A DNA stretch of 64,000 bases from Armatimonadota bacterium (GTDB taxonomy: Bacteria > Bacillota > Desulfotomaculia > Desulfotomaculales > Nap2-2B): positions 340 through 64,339 of the forward strand of contig JAIMBK010000004.1 of the NCBI GenBank assembly GCA_023511535.1. Reading direction: 5' to 3'. The position numbers were made by a program, and so were the translations under genes. Positions 26,706-34,973 of the stretch are shown one piece after another (positions within the stretch are counted from its first letter, which is position 1; every line of letters starts with the position of its first letter). The notes below the pieces were generated by a model. It was not told the origin of the DNA, searched no databases, and saw nothing but the letters and a program-made list of their open reading frames with translations.

Positions 26706-28052
26706 CTAGCACCGGGCTTCCGGCGGACGCAGGGTGAAAGAACCCAGGCAGCCCAGCGCTGCCACCCCGGCCGCCAGGAAAAGGGCCGGGGCGAAGGAGC
26801 GCAGGAGGTCGGCCAGGTAACCTGCCACCGCCGGGGCCAGCGCCTGCCCCACGGCAAAGCAAAGGGTCACCATCCCTAAAGCCGCCGGCGCCAATCGCGA
26901 CCCCACGTAATCACCGCAGGCCGCCGCCACCACGCCCGGAATGCTCCAGGCGGTCAATCCGAACAAAATGGCGGAAAGCAAGAGGATGCCCGTGGCCTGT
27001 CCGCCCGCCATCAAGGCGTAGCAAATCGCCTGCAGGCCGAAAATGACCGCCAGGGCGTATTTACGCCCGATATAATCCGAAACCACTCCCCATAAAATCC
27101 CGCTAAAAATGCTCAGCACGCCGACCAGGGCCCAAAGCGAACCGGCGGCCGCCTGGGTTAATCCCTTGTCGCTGACCAGCGCGGCCGAGAAAAAGGTGCT
27201 GTAGATGATATAGGAAAACCCAAACATGAAATAAATCAGCCCGAGGTGCCACAGGGCAAGGGAAGCATATACGTTGCCCCACTGAATTTTTTCCCCTCCG
27301 GCTTTTGCCGGCGCCGGCCCGGCTGTCCCGGCCCCGCCGGCCCGTTTACTGTCAACCCGGGTCCCGTTTTTACCCCCGCCGTTTATTTGCCCTGGCTGCT
27401 CCAGTTCAGCCCCCACGGGAAGCAGGCCCTTTTCCGCCGGACTATTCCGCAGAAAAGCGTAACTTAAAATCCCCAGCAAAACCACCAGCCCGCCCAGGAT
27501 GAACCAGCTGATCCGCCAGCCGTTTTCCGGCCAGGCGGCAATCACCTGCGGGACCAAAAGGCCGGTGACCACCAGGGCTACACCCGAACCGCCCACCTGA
27601 AACCCGGCCGCCATTCCTCGGCGCCGGGGGGCAAACCAGGCCGAAACCAGCCCCATCACGGGGATGTTGCTCCCGGCACTGCCAAAACCGGTCAGGAAGC
27701 GGTACACCAGGGCCGCTGCAAAGCCGTTGGCCAGGCCGGTCAGAACCATGGTTATCCCGGCGAGAAACATGGAAAAAACGATAATGATCCGGGGCCCGTA
27801 CCGGGCGGCCAGAAAACCGCCGATCAGGGAAAAGGCCGTGTAGCCGATTAAATTACCGGTGGCAATCAACCCCATCTGGGAATTGTTAAAACTCAGGCCA
27901 ACTTTCATGGAAGGCAGGATGGTCGTGTAGCCGAAACGGGCAAAACCCAGGGCGCCCGTCACGGTCAAAATACCGATGATCAAAATCACGTAACCGTAGT
28001 GAAAAGCCGGTTTGCCATGTTCTGCCCGCTTTTCGAGCCGGGCCTGCGTCAT
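26706..28052 (-). CDS. MFS transporter
   Basis: The 448-aa ORF has about 12 TM segments. The central loop is Gly/Ala-rich. Confidence 0.8.
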   Translation of the reverse strand: MTQARLEKRAEHGKPAFHYGYVILIIGILTVTGALGFARFGYTTILPSMKVGLSFNNSQMGLIATGNLIGYTAFSLIGGFLAARYGPRIIIVFSMFLAGITMVLTGLANGFAAALVYRFLTGFGSAGSNIPVMGLVSAWFAPRRRGMAAGFQVGGSGVALVVTGLLVPQVIAAWPENGWRISWFILGGLVVLLGILSYAFLRNSPAEKGLLPVGAELEQPGQINGGGKNGTRVDSKRAGGAGTAGPAPAKAGGEKIQWGNVYASLALWHLGLIYFMFGFSYIIYSTFFSAALVSDKGLTQAAAGSLWALVGVLSIFSGILWGVVSDYIGRKYALAVIFGLQAICYALMAGGQATGILLLSAILFGLTAWSIPGVVAAACGDYVGSRLAPAALGMVTLCFAVGQALAPAVAGYLADLLRSFAPALFLAAGVAALGCLGSFTLRPPEARC

Positions 28053-28621
28053 CTTTATTACGCCCCCTCGATTACATTTATAGTTAACAGTTAAAATGCT
28101 CCGAAAGATCGCTAAATTTTATAACTTCCGGTAACTGTGTCGGGTTAAAGGGTTGCTTTTTACTTCCTCCCGAAATCTTCTCAATCAACCGCCAGTGTTG
28201 CTGTTTCCGCTTAAACCACGGCCAGACCGACACGCCAAAGCCGGGTGTTCGCCCGGTTATCCCGCCTTCCCGGGAGAAGTCAAGAAAAAGGTTCGGCCGG
28301 AATAATGGCCCGGTACGCCAGCCTTCCTCAGGGAACGGCTTTTCCACCACCGTCAGCAATTTTTTCCCGCATCAAAGTTACCGCCTGCCCGAACCTCCTT
28401 CCTAAACCTGTCATCTTGACGGTTTCATCGCCGCCCGGCTCCGCCATTCCAACAACTCTTATCCAAACAAACAAACCGGTAAAATTTTTAACCGGCCGGT
28501 CAGCTTTCAAGGTATCCTATTCTCCAACCATTAGAAAAATCCTGCCGCAATTTTAAAACACTTTTTGAAAAATATCTCTTTGTACGCGCCGGCATGCGGA
28601 TGCAGGCGGGCCGGAGGGGGC

Positions 28622-28650
28622 TTGACAGGATAACCAGCGAATCGTATAAT
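28622..28650 (+). promoter_or_regulatory. Consensus sigma-A/sigma-70 promoter for tRNA-Leu
   Basis: TTGACA (28622-28627), a 17-nt spacer and TATAAT (28645-28650). The -10 element ends 18 nt before the first tRNA base. Confidence 0.85.
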
Positions 28651-28668
28651 TTTTATTGCAGGCAGCAT

Positions 28669-28751
28669 GTCGGAGTGGCGGAATTGGCAGACGCGTACGT
28701 TTGAGGGGCGTATGGGCAACCGTGCGGGTTCAAGTCCCGCCTCCGACACCA
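28669..28751 (+). tRNA. tRNA-Leu, anticodon GAG, CCA encoded
   Basis: Acceptor stem GTCGGAG/CTCCGAC. D arm GCG-GAATTGGCAGA-CGC. Anticodon arm TACGT-TTGAGGG-GCGTA. A long variable arm is present. T arm GCGGG-TTCAAGT-CCCGC, then ACCA. Confidence 0.9.
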
Positions 28752-28803
28752 GTCGAATATCGCACATTGTGCGGAGATATACAAACAGAAATGAAGTTTT
28801 AGT

Positions 28804-28839
28804 AACTGCCTGGGCGGGTTAGACCAGGCAGTTTTACTT
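28804..28839 (+). terminator. Hairpin plus T-rich tail downstream of tRNA-Leu
   Basis: AACTGCCTGG-N10-CCAGGCAGTT followed by TTACTT. The 10-bp stem is perfect. Confidence 0.55.
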
Positions 28840-28841
28840 CA

Positions 28842-29144
28842 GTGTTGGAGCGTAAAATAAATTTGGAAATAATATACTCAAAGCACTTTTTAAATCGAAA
28901 AAAGCTTCGGGAAATCCCCAATGGGCTGGCAGAAACAATATTAAACCATGCAGATGAACACTATAAGGATACCCAACCGGGATATTCTGTCGCAGTTAAA
29001 AGTGCCAATTTCCAGGGAAAAACCAGGGAATTAGCATTAACATATGAGAAATCCGAAAATAAAATTACAATAGTTACCCTGCACCCTCTTAAAAAAGGTC
29101 AAAAGGAGAATAGAATTAAAACAAGAAGGTGGGTTAAACAGTGA
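28842..29144 (+). CDS. DUF4258-like putative toxin
   Basis: The 100-aa ORF has a GTG start and the segment IIYSKHFLNRKKLREIPNGLAETIL, which resembles the DUF4258 N-terminal motif. It overlaps the downstream DUF2283 gene by 4 nt. No SD was seen. Confidence 0.45.
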   Translation: MLERKINLEIIYSKHFLNRKKLREIPNGLAETILNHADEHYKDTQPGYSVAVKSANFQGKTRELALTYEKSENKITIVTLHPLKKGQKENRIKTRRWVKQ

Positions 29145-29344
29145 AAGTTTATTACGATGATGAGCTTGACATCCTCTATATCGCCAAAGAAGGGCAGGAA
29201 GAAGAGGTAATCGAAATTCATCCTGGGATAAATTTAGAAATGGATAAATATGGTCAGCTAATTGGCATAGAATTACTTAACGCCTCCAGGTTACTCAAAG
29301 ATGTTTTAAAACCTTTGGAGCAAAGGGCTATCGCGAATGGTTAA
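29141..29344 (+). CDS. DUF2283-family protein (putative antitoxin partner)
   Basis: The 67-aa ORF starts MKVYYDDELDILYIAKEG..LIGIELLNAS, which is typical of DUF2283. Confidence 0.7.
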   Translation: MKVYYDDELDILYIAKEGQEEEVIEIHPGINLEMDKYGQLIGIELLNASRLLKDVLKPLEQRAIANG

Positions 29345-29624
29345 ATTATTGAGGATTCCCCGGAGGATGTGCGGGGGCGCAGTTGTCTGGTTGCACCTCA
29401 ATATTGCAGTAGTAATCAACCAGCAAGTTATTGAGGAAGGTATTTTGCCACCACCTTCACCGGCTCCTCCGCGTCAGCACTGGTACGACCCATTTTAAAT
29501 TGACATTGTCAAGGAACCGTCCCTTGATACACTCCCAATGTATTTACTTTTTTGATTACTACCATATAACCACATTTATGGAAGGATAAAACACCAAAAA
29601 CTTCTTGACTCAATCACTTAAATT

Positions 29625-29659
29625 AAACGCTTGACGTTTAGCGTTTAACGTTATACAAT
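29625..29659 (+). promoter_or_regulatory. higBA promoter with overlapping inverted-repeat operator
   Basis: TTGACG (29631-36), a 17-nt spacer and TACAAT (29654-59). The inverted repeat AAACGCT-N8-AGCGTTT (29625-29646) spans the -35 element. Confidence 0.6.
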
Positions 29660-29665
29660 TGTCTT

Positions 29666-29947
29666 GTGATTAAGTCTTTCAGAAACAGCGAAACGGAGAG
29701 AATCTTCAAACGCCTGCGTTCTCGCAAGCTGCCGCCTGATATTCAGCAAGTGGCATTGCGTAAGCTGCGGATGCTGAATAACGCAGTGACCCTAAACGAC
29801 CTTCGGATCCCACCGGCAAACCGACTGGAAAAGCTGTCCGGAGACCGAGCGGGACAGTATAGCATCCGCATTAATGATCAGTGGCGCATCTGTTTCGAAT
29901 GGCGCGATCGAGATGCATATAACGTAGAGATCACTGACTATCACTAA
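29666..29947 (+). CDS. higB: HigB-family toxin (plasmid maintenance system killer)
   Basis: The 93-aa ORF reads MIKSFRNSETERIF..YSIRINDQWRICFEW..VEITDYH. Confidence 0.8.
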   Translation: MIKSFRNSETERIFKRLRSRKLPPDIQQVALRKLRMLNNAVTLNDLRIPPANRLEKLSGDRAGQYSIRINDQWRICFEWRDRDAYNVEITDYH

Positions 29948-29959
29948 GGAGAGTACTGT

Positions 29960-30283
29960 ATGAACAAGGAAAAGCTGAAATCCGTCCATCCCGGGGAAGT
30001 GCTGATGGAAGAATTCCTAAAACCAATGGGTTTAAGCCAAAGCCGTTTGGCCTTGGATATTGGCGTGCACCCACGCCGGATCAATGAGATTGTACAAAGG
30101 AAACGCGGCATCACGGCTGATACTGCTCTGCGCTTAGCCCGCTACTTCGGCACATCACCTCAGTTTTGGTTAGGGCTCCAGGCTGATTATGATTTAGATG
30201 TTGCCGCAGACGCTTTGGGCAACCGGCTCGAACGAGACGTAAAACCCTGTCCGGCGGTGCAAGAACCCATTAGCTCCTCGTGA
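29960..30283 (+). CDS. higA: HigA-family antitoxin (XRE HTH)
   Basis: The 107-aa ORF has HPGEVLMEEFLKPMGLSQSRLALDIGV..RINEIV..RGITADTALRLARYFGTSPQFWLGLQ. Confidence 0.85.
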   Translation: MNKEKLKSVHPGEVLMEEFLKPMGLSQSRLALDIGVHPRRINEIVQRKRGITADTALRLARYFGTSPQFWLGLQADYDLDVAADALGNRLERDVKPCPAVQEPISSS

Positions 30284-30365
30284 TAACCCGTTGGAGCCGA
30301 CCGGGCTGGGCTATCCGCGGTGAACTGAAAACTGGACGGCGAGGCCGGGGGCTTTGGAAGGAATT

Positions 30366-30491
30366 TCACCTGCCAGGAGAATCCTTTGGAGGAGCAAAGC
30401 TCCGTTTAGAAAAGATTCGAATCAAAGCTAAACCCATCTTTAGCAACAGCCCTTCCATGGTTTTGAAATTAACAACAGGAATTTTACTCAT
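30366..30491 (-). CDS. hicA: HicA-like short ORF, probably a truncated or decayed toxin
   Basis: Hand translation gives MSKIPVVNFKTMEGLLLKMGLALIRIFSKRSFAPPKDSPGR (41 aa). The N-terminus resembles HicA, but the conserved GSH region and C-terminal half are not recognisable. It forms an ATGA overlap with the hicB stop. Confidence 0.3.
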   Translation of the reverse strand: MSKIPVVNFKTMEGLLLKMGLALIRIFSKRSFAPPKDSPGR

Positions 30492-30721
30492 CCAGCCACC
30501 TCAATTTGCTGCAAGCCAACAAATTGGGGGAATTCAACAATCTCTCCCTGTTTTTTCAGCTCTTCCAGGCATAACTCAAGAACTTCTTGAAGATTTTTGG
30601 TGAGCTCATCCAGACTGGCTCCCTGCGTATGAGCGCCAGAAATTCCTGGAACAAATCCTACATATAACCTGGTTTCGGGGTCCCATTCTATATAAGCAGT
30701 AAACACTCTTTTAGCCGTCAT
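30488..30721 (-). CDS. hicB: HicB-family antitoxin (UPF0150)
   Basis: The sequence is MTAKRVFTAYIEWDPETRLYVGFVPGISGAHTQGASLDELTKNLQEVLELCLEEL. The ATG at 30721 is preceded by an AAGGAGAG SD. Confidence 0.75.
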   Translation of the reverse strand: MTAKRVFTAYIEWDPETRLYVGFVPGISGAHTQGASLDELTKNLQEVLELCLEELKKQGEIVEFPQFVGLQQIEVAG

Positions 30722-30808
30722 TACTCTCCTTTTCAAGTTTTATATTCGGTATAAAAGGCGCTATTGCCAGGGCACCCAGCTCAACTTCCGTAATTTTTAA
30801 CCCTGGCG

Positions 30809-30913
30809 TTCAGGAAAGTTTAGCATGAACCCGAGGAAGCAGAAAAACTCAAGGACAAAGTCTTCCGGCCAAAAAGCCTTTCCATCATAAACAGCGCTTA
30901 GAGTTTTTGTCAT
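30809..30913 (-). CDS. 34-aa ORF with a DUF104/AF2212-like antitoxin N-terminus; no toxin partner present
   Basis: Hand translation gives MTKTLSAVYDGKAFWPEDFVLEFFLLPRVHAKLS. The segment A.Y..G.F.PE resembles DUF104. There is no room for a PIN toxin before hicB. Confidence 0.25.
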
Positions 30914-31006
30914 TTTTCTCACCCCTGTCCGGCAAAACATTTTAATCAGCTTTCACAATATATTTATTCTGGCGGCTGCTCCTGTTTTTAACATTAAGTT
31001 TACACC

Positions 31007-31026
31007 GGGAAAAAGCGTCTGGCAAC
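31007..31026 (+). repeat. Direct repeat, left copy (17-nt perfect core AAAAAGCGTCTGGCAAC)
   Basis: GGGAAAAAGCGTCTGGCAAC. The partner copy is at 31590-31611. Confidence 0.85.
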
Positions 31027-31077
31027 CCCTAATCAAATAAGCTAAGTGCTCCGCCTCACCCCCGCCCGAAATCGTCG

Positions 31078-31270
31078 TCAAAACCGCACGATGTCATCTT
31101 CCTCCAGGTACTCACCAGGCTGCACTCCGATAACCTTTAGGGTCACCTTCCCCGGGTTTTCCAGGCGGTACTTTTGGCTACCGGCCCGAAACATTAAAGC
31201 CGTCGTCCAAAAAGATGATTTCGGCGTTGCTGCATTTGCCCGCCTTTTCGCCCGGCACGCCTTTCGACCG
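31078..31270 (-). pseudogene. Decayed gene fragment of unknown family (frame-broken)
   Basis: Two adjacent minus-strand frames read ..KGVPGEKAGKCSNAEIIFLDDGFNVSGR* and ..FRAGSQKYRLENPGKVTLKVIGVQPGEYLEEDDIVRF*. No intact ORF is present. Confidence 0.25.
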
Positions 31271-31380
31271 CCGTCCGCGCCGCGGGTCTTTTTTTGCGCC
31301 CCCTGCTATCCGCTTTCGCGCGGTGCTGCAACACCGGGGTGTGCCTGAAGGCGAAGGCCGGGCAGGTAGGCCGCCGTGAT

Positions 31381-31595
31381 CATGATCGTCGGGGACACGA
31401 GGAGCAGAAAGCACGTTGAAATCCTGCGGGAGCTCGGCTGGGGGCGCATTGGTGATCGATAAGGCGATCCGCCCCTACGAGGGGAAGCCCTGGGGGTTCA
31501 ACAACGGGGCCTTCAGGGATCACCTCCGGGGGGAACCTTTCAACGAAAGCGCCGCTTCGCTCAGGCTCCTTGCCAATCAAGGCTAACACGGGCAA
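31381..31595 (+). pseudogene. Decayed gene fragment of unknown family (frameshifted)
   Basis: MIVGDTRSRKHVEILRELGWGRIGDR* continues in another frame as VIDKAIRPYEGKPWGFNNGAFRDHLRGEPFNESAASLRLLANQG*. Confidence 0.3.
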
Positions 31596-31611
31596 AAAAG
31601 CGTCTGGCAAC
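31590..31611 (+). repeat. Direct repeat, right copy
   Basis: GGGCAAAAAAGCGTCTGGCAAC. It shares the 17-nt core with 31007-31026. Confidence 0.85.
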
Positions 31612-31623
31612 ATGGCATCTGCT

Positions 31624-32415
31624 TTACCTGTCAAAAGAGCGGATAAAATTTTCGGATGAAAACTGACCTTGCGTGAACTCTTTTAAGGTACTTTCGCGGC
31701 CAAAAATTTCCCTGACCATCTGGGCCGGAGTAAGACCTTGCGCTTTGAACCTGTTAACCTGGTCCCTGATCCTCTCCAAATATAAAATTGTCCTGGCCAG
31801 TGTCCCGGTTGCCTCCTCAACAATATTTCCCAGGCCCGTAAAAAGAACCTGGGGGCGTAAATGATAAACTTTCTGCAAAGATTTGATGATTTCGCCCTGG
31901 TTATCCTCCGGCCGGGCTGTTTTGGGCGTTTCCGAAACAAACAAATCCCCTGTAAAAAGCCAGCCTTTTTCCGGCAGCCAAAAAACAACGTGGTCGTCGC
32001 TGTGGCCGGGCGTTTCAATGACTTCGAAGCGGTACTTTCCGGTGCGTACCTCCTTGCCCAGGGGATTGGGCCGCGAAGGCTCGGGACAGCCCCAAACGAG
32101 TTCCTGGTAGGGGTAGAGAGCGGGTTTGGCGGCAATCCTCTCGATAGATTTCACGGGAGCGAAAATTTCGATCCCCAACTCCCGCTGCAGAAGGGCGTTC
32201 CCTCCAATGTGATCTTCGTGGTAGTGAGTATTGACTGCTTTTTCTACTTTTTCCCGGCGCAGTTCCTCCAAAAGCTCGTGGGCCGTATGGGCAGGACCGG
32301 TATCAATCAACAGGCCGTCCACCAGGTAAACGGCCGCCCAGTATAACACCTGGTTGTTTACCGCCCTGCCCATTTTAAATTGGATGATGTCCTGATACAT
32401 ATAACGTTCGATCAC
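31624..32415 (-). CDS. MBL-fold metallo-hydrolase
   Basis: The 263-aa ORF has an HxHxDH motif (THYHEDHIGG) and GHSDDH. Confidence 0.8.
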   Translation of the reverse strand: MIERYMYQDIIQFKMGRAVNNQVLYWAAVYLVDGLLIDTGPAHTAHELLEELRREKVEKAVNTHYHEDHIGGNALLQRELGIEIFAPVKSIERIAAKPALYPYQELVWGCPEPSRPNPLGKEVRTGKYRFEVIETPGHSDDHVVFWLPEKGWLFTGDLFVSETPKTARPEDNQGEIIKSLQKVYHLRPQVLFTGLGNIVEEATGTLARTILYLERIRDQVNRFKAQGLTPAQMVREIFGRESTLKEFTQGQFSSENFIRSFDR

Positions 32416-32563
32416 AAGTGTCCCTCCCTAAAAAATTTGCGGGCGTCTTTTTACCGATTGCACCGCCTAATGGCTGAACCGGCCCCCCGGCGATTGGCCC
32501 TGGGACCTCACCAAGGAACGAAGCGTTTGCCCGTTCAGCCGGAGCGTGGAGCGTCCATCCCGC

Positions 32564-33505
32564 TCACCGGCAGTAAACATACCTCTCCAGCCCCTTCACC
32601 CAATCCGTCCAGGAGGAGTCTTTATCCTCGCGGGCGGCGGCGGCGCGGGAAAACATGTCCGCCTGGGCGTCCAGCAGGTCGAGCTGGTGAAGAAGGGCGG
32701 CTTCCAAAAACTTGGGCCGCTTGGGCGACTGCCACTCGTAGCGCCCGTGGTGGCTGACGATCATGTGCAAAAGCTTTAAGCGCAGGTCTTCCGGAAAGTC
32801 CGGCACCCTGGCGATGGCACGGTCTATGAGCAGCGCGCCGGAGACAATGTGCCCCAAAAGCCGCCCTTCGTCGGTCTGCTCCACGGTGCCGCGGCAGCGG
32901 TACTCCTGCACCTTGCCGATGTCGTGTAAGATGGCCCCGGCCACCAAAAGATCCCGGTCGGCCCGGGGGTAGCCTTTGGCGATGCCGTCCGCGGCCACGG
33001 CCATGGTCACGCTGTGGACCAAAAGCCCGCCCAAAAGGGCGTGATGGTACTGTTTGGCAGCGGGGGCCAGGCAAAAGGCCGCGTAGAAATCCTGTTCCGC
33101 AAAGAGGAGGGAAAGCAGAGCCTTTAAGTACGGGTTGGTCAAAGAAGTAATCAACTGCTGAAGCTTTTCTTTGGCCTCTGCCAATCCCTCGGCGACGGGG
33201 ATGAACCGTGCCGGGTCAATTTGTCCGCTTTCCTTAACGATCGAATCGATGCGCAGCTGCACTGACCCGTTGTAGGCCACGGCCTGCGCTTTTACGGCGA
33301 CGATGTCCCCCACCTTCAGGCGGGCGCCGGCTTCTTCCGCCCCTTCCCAGAGCCGCCCCTCCACGCTGCCGGTGCGGTCGGCCAGGGTAACGGCCAGGAA
33401 GTACCCCGGGACCTCCCGGTAGGGAAGGAGTTTTTTTACCTTCAGGGCGAAGACCCCGTGCACGCTCAGGCCGGGACGGATCTGTTCCACCAGCAGTTCA
33501 GCCAT
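32564..33505 (-). CDS. yhaM: 3'-5' exoribonuclease YhaM-like (OB-fold + HD domain)
   Basis: The N-terminal half is an OB fold. The HD region has ILHDIGKV, LGHI and SHHGRYEWQSPKRPKF. The start was chosen at MAELLVEQ. Confidence 0.7.
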   Translation of the reverse strand: MAELLVEQIRPGLSVHGVFALKVKKLLPYREVPGYFLAVTLADRTGSVEGRLWEGAEEAGARLKVGDIVAVKAQAVAYNGSVQLRIDSIVKESGQIDPARFIPVAEGLAEAKEKLQQLITSLTNPYLKALLSLLFAEQDFYAAFCLAPAAKQYHHALLGGLLVHSVTMAVAADGIAKGYPRADRDLLVAGAILHDIGKVQEYRCRGTVEQTDEGRLLGHIVSGALLIDRAIARVPDFPEDLRLKLLHMIVSHHGRYEWQSPKRPKFLEAALLHQLDLLDAQADMFSRAAAAREDKDSSWTDWVKGLERYVYCR

Positions 33506-33681
33506 TTTGAACCCCCTCTGCAGTTGTGCCCTCCGCACCGTCAGCGTTTCTGCTCCATTCAGCCGGCCGGCATTTTCGGGACCGAACGGCTCTTGATAAG
33601 GCGGCCGGACATATATCTGCCGGCCAGGATAGATTTATGCCTTAAAAATTTAACAGAACCGGGTGGGGTGGAAACCCCCGC

Positions 33682-34923
33682 CTATTCCGGCTCACTCCGG
33701 GATGCCGTACTTTTTTGAGCAGCCTCAACGGCAGCCAGGTAGACATTTTTCAAGGGAACGCCCTTTTCCCGGGCAAGCCGGCGGCAGTCCTCGTATTCCG
33801 GGCTGATTTGGCGCCCCGGCCGGTCGCCCGCGGCGTCAATTTTCACGCGCACTTCTCCGTAACCGGTTTCCACGCTCATCTGCCGCCGGGGCAAACAATG
33901 CCGTTTTTCCCGCCGCACCCGTACGCCCAGGGTGGAGGTTTCCGCAAAAATGATTTGCCGGAATTCGTTTTCTTTTTCCGGAGGACAAAGCACGGTAAGC
34001 AAACTCCCCGGACGCCCCTTTTTCATGATGACGGGAGTGATCCAGGCATCCAGGGCGCCGGCGGCCAGCAGCTTTTCCGCCGCATAAGCCAGAATTTCCG
34101 GATTCAAATCGTCAATGGCGGTCTGCAGCACGGAGATCTCCTGTTCAAAGCCGGGTGCCTGGTTTTTATTTTTGTCCGGGTGCTTTTCCTCCGCAAGTTC
34201 TTCCGGCTTTTCGCCGATGAAAACCCGTAGAAAATTCGGGAGTCCGTAATCGTTGCTCCCCAGCCCGTAGCCCGTTTGCTGAATCCGCATGGCCGGCACC
34301 GGGCCAAAACCCTCGGCCAGGGCCGCCGCAATGGCCGCCCCCGTGGGCGTGACCAGTTCCCCTTCCACCTGAACGGAGCGGATCGGAAGCCCTTTGAGCA
34401 GTTCCGCGGTGGCCGGGGCCGGGACCGGAAGCAGGCCGTGGGCGGTGCGGACGCAGCCGCAACCGGCGGGAAGGGGGGAACAATAAACCTTTTCGATGCC
34501 GGCCTCGTGCAGGGCGATGGCCGTTCCCACGATGTCGACGATAGAGTCCACCGCCCCTATTTCGTGAAAATGCACTTTCTCCGGAGGTATTCCGTGCACC
34601 TTTCCTTCCGCCCGGGCCAGTTTTTCAAAAATGACCAGGGAATGTTCCTTAATCTTTGGAGCAAGCCCGCTGCCGGCAATAAGCCTTGAAATATCTTCCC
34701 AGGTCCGGCGGGGCTCGTGATGATCCCGGGCAGGTTCCACCACAAACCTGGTACCCCTGAAACCGTGCGTTTGAGCCTGGTAAACATTCAGGGAATAGCC
34801 TGCCAGCCCTAATCGTTTTAATTGTTCCGCAACCGAAGCCGGGGGAACACCGGCGTCAATTAAAGCGCCTAAAACCATGTCCCCGCTGATGCCCCCGAAA
34901 CAGTCCAGGTAGAGTACTTTCAT
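33682..34923 (-). CDS. larC: Nickel-pincer cofactor biosynthesis protein LarC (nickel insertion, DUF111)
   Basis: The 413-aa single ORF starts MKVLYLDCFGGISGDMVLGALIDAGV. Confidence 0.85.
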   Translation of the reverse strand: MKVLYLDCFGGISGDMVLGALIDAGVPPASVAEQLKRLGLAGYSLNVYQAQTHGFRGTRFVVEPARDHHEPRRTWEDISRLIAGSGLAPKIKEHSLVIFEKLARAEGKVHGIPPEKVHFHEIGAVDSIVDIVGTAIALHEAGIEKVYCSPLPAGCGCVRTAHGLLPVPAPATAELLKGLPIRSVQVEGELVTPTGAAIAAALAEGFGPVPAMRIQQTGYGLGSNDYGLPNFLRVFIGEKPEELAEEKHPDKNKNQAPGFEQEISVLQTAIDDLNPEILAYAAEKLLAAGALDAWITPVIMKKGRPGSLLTVLCPPEKENEFRQIIFAETSTLGVRVRREKRHCLPRRQMSVETGYGEVRVKIDAAGDRPGRQISPEYEDCRRLAREKGVPLKNVYLAAVEAAQKSTASRSEPE

Positions 34924-34973
34924 CTTAAGAAACTCCGTGAAAACAGAAATTAAAATTAAACACGCAGCTTAAT

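Noticed and set aside
28084-28359. 91-aa ORF upstream of the MFS transporter, with a possible upstream frame at 28328-28510
   Set aside because: No family signature is recognisable, and no clear SD is present. It could be a real small protein or a frameshifted remnant. The evidence is insufficient to call it.
28752-31623. Direct repeat of the tRNA-Leu 3' end that would delimit an integrated element
   Set aside because: Visual search found no copy of the terminal approx. 15-20 nt of the tRNA within the islet. The only bracketing repeat found is the unrelated 17-mer at 31010 and 31595.
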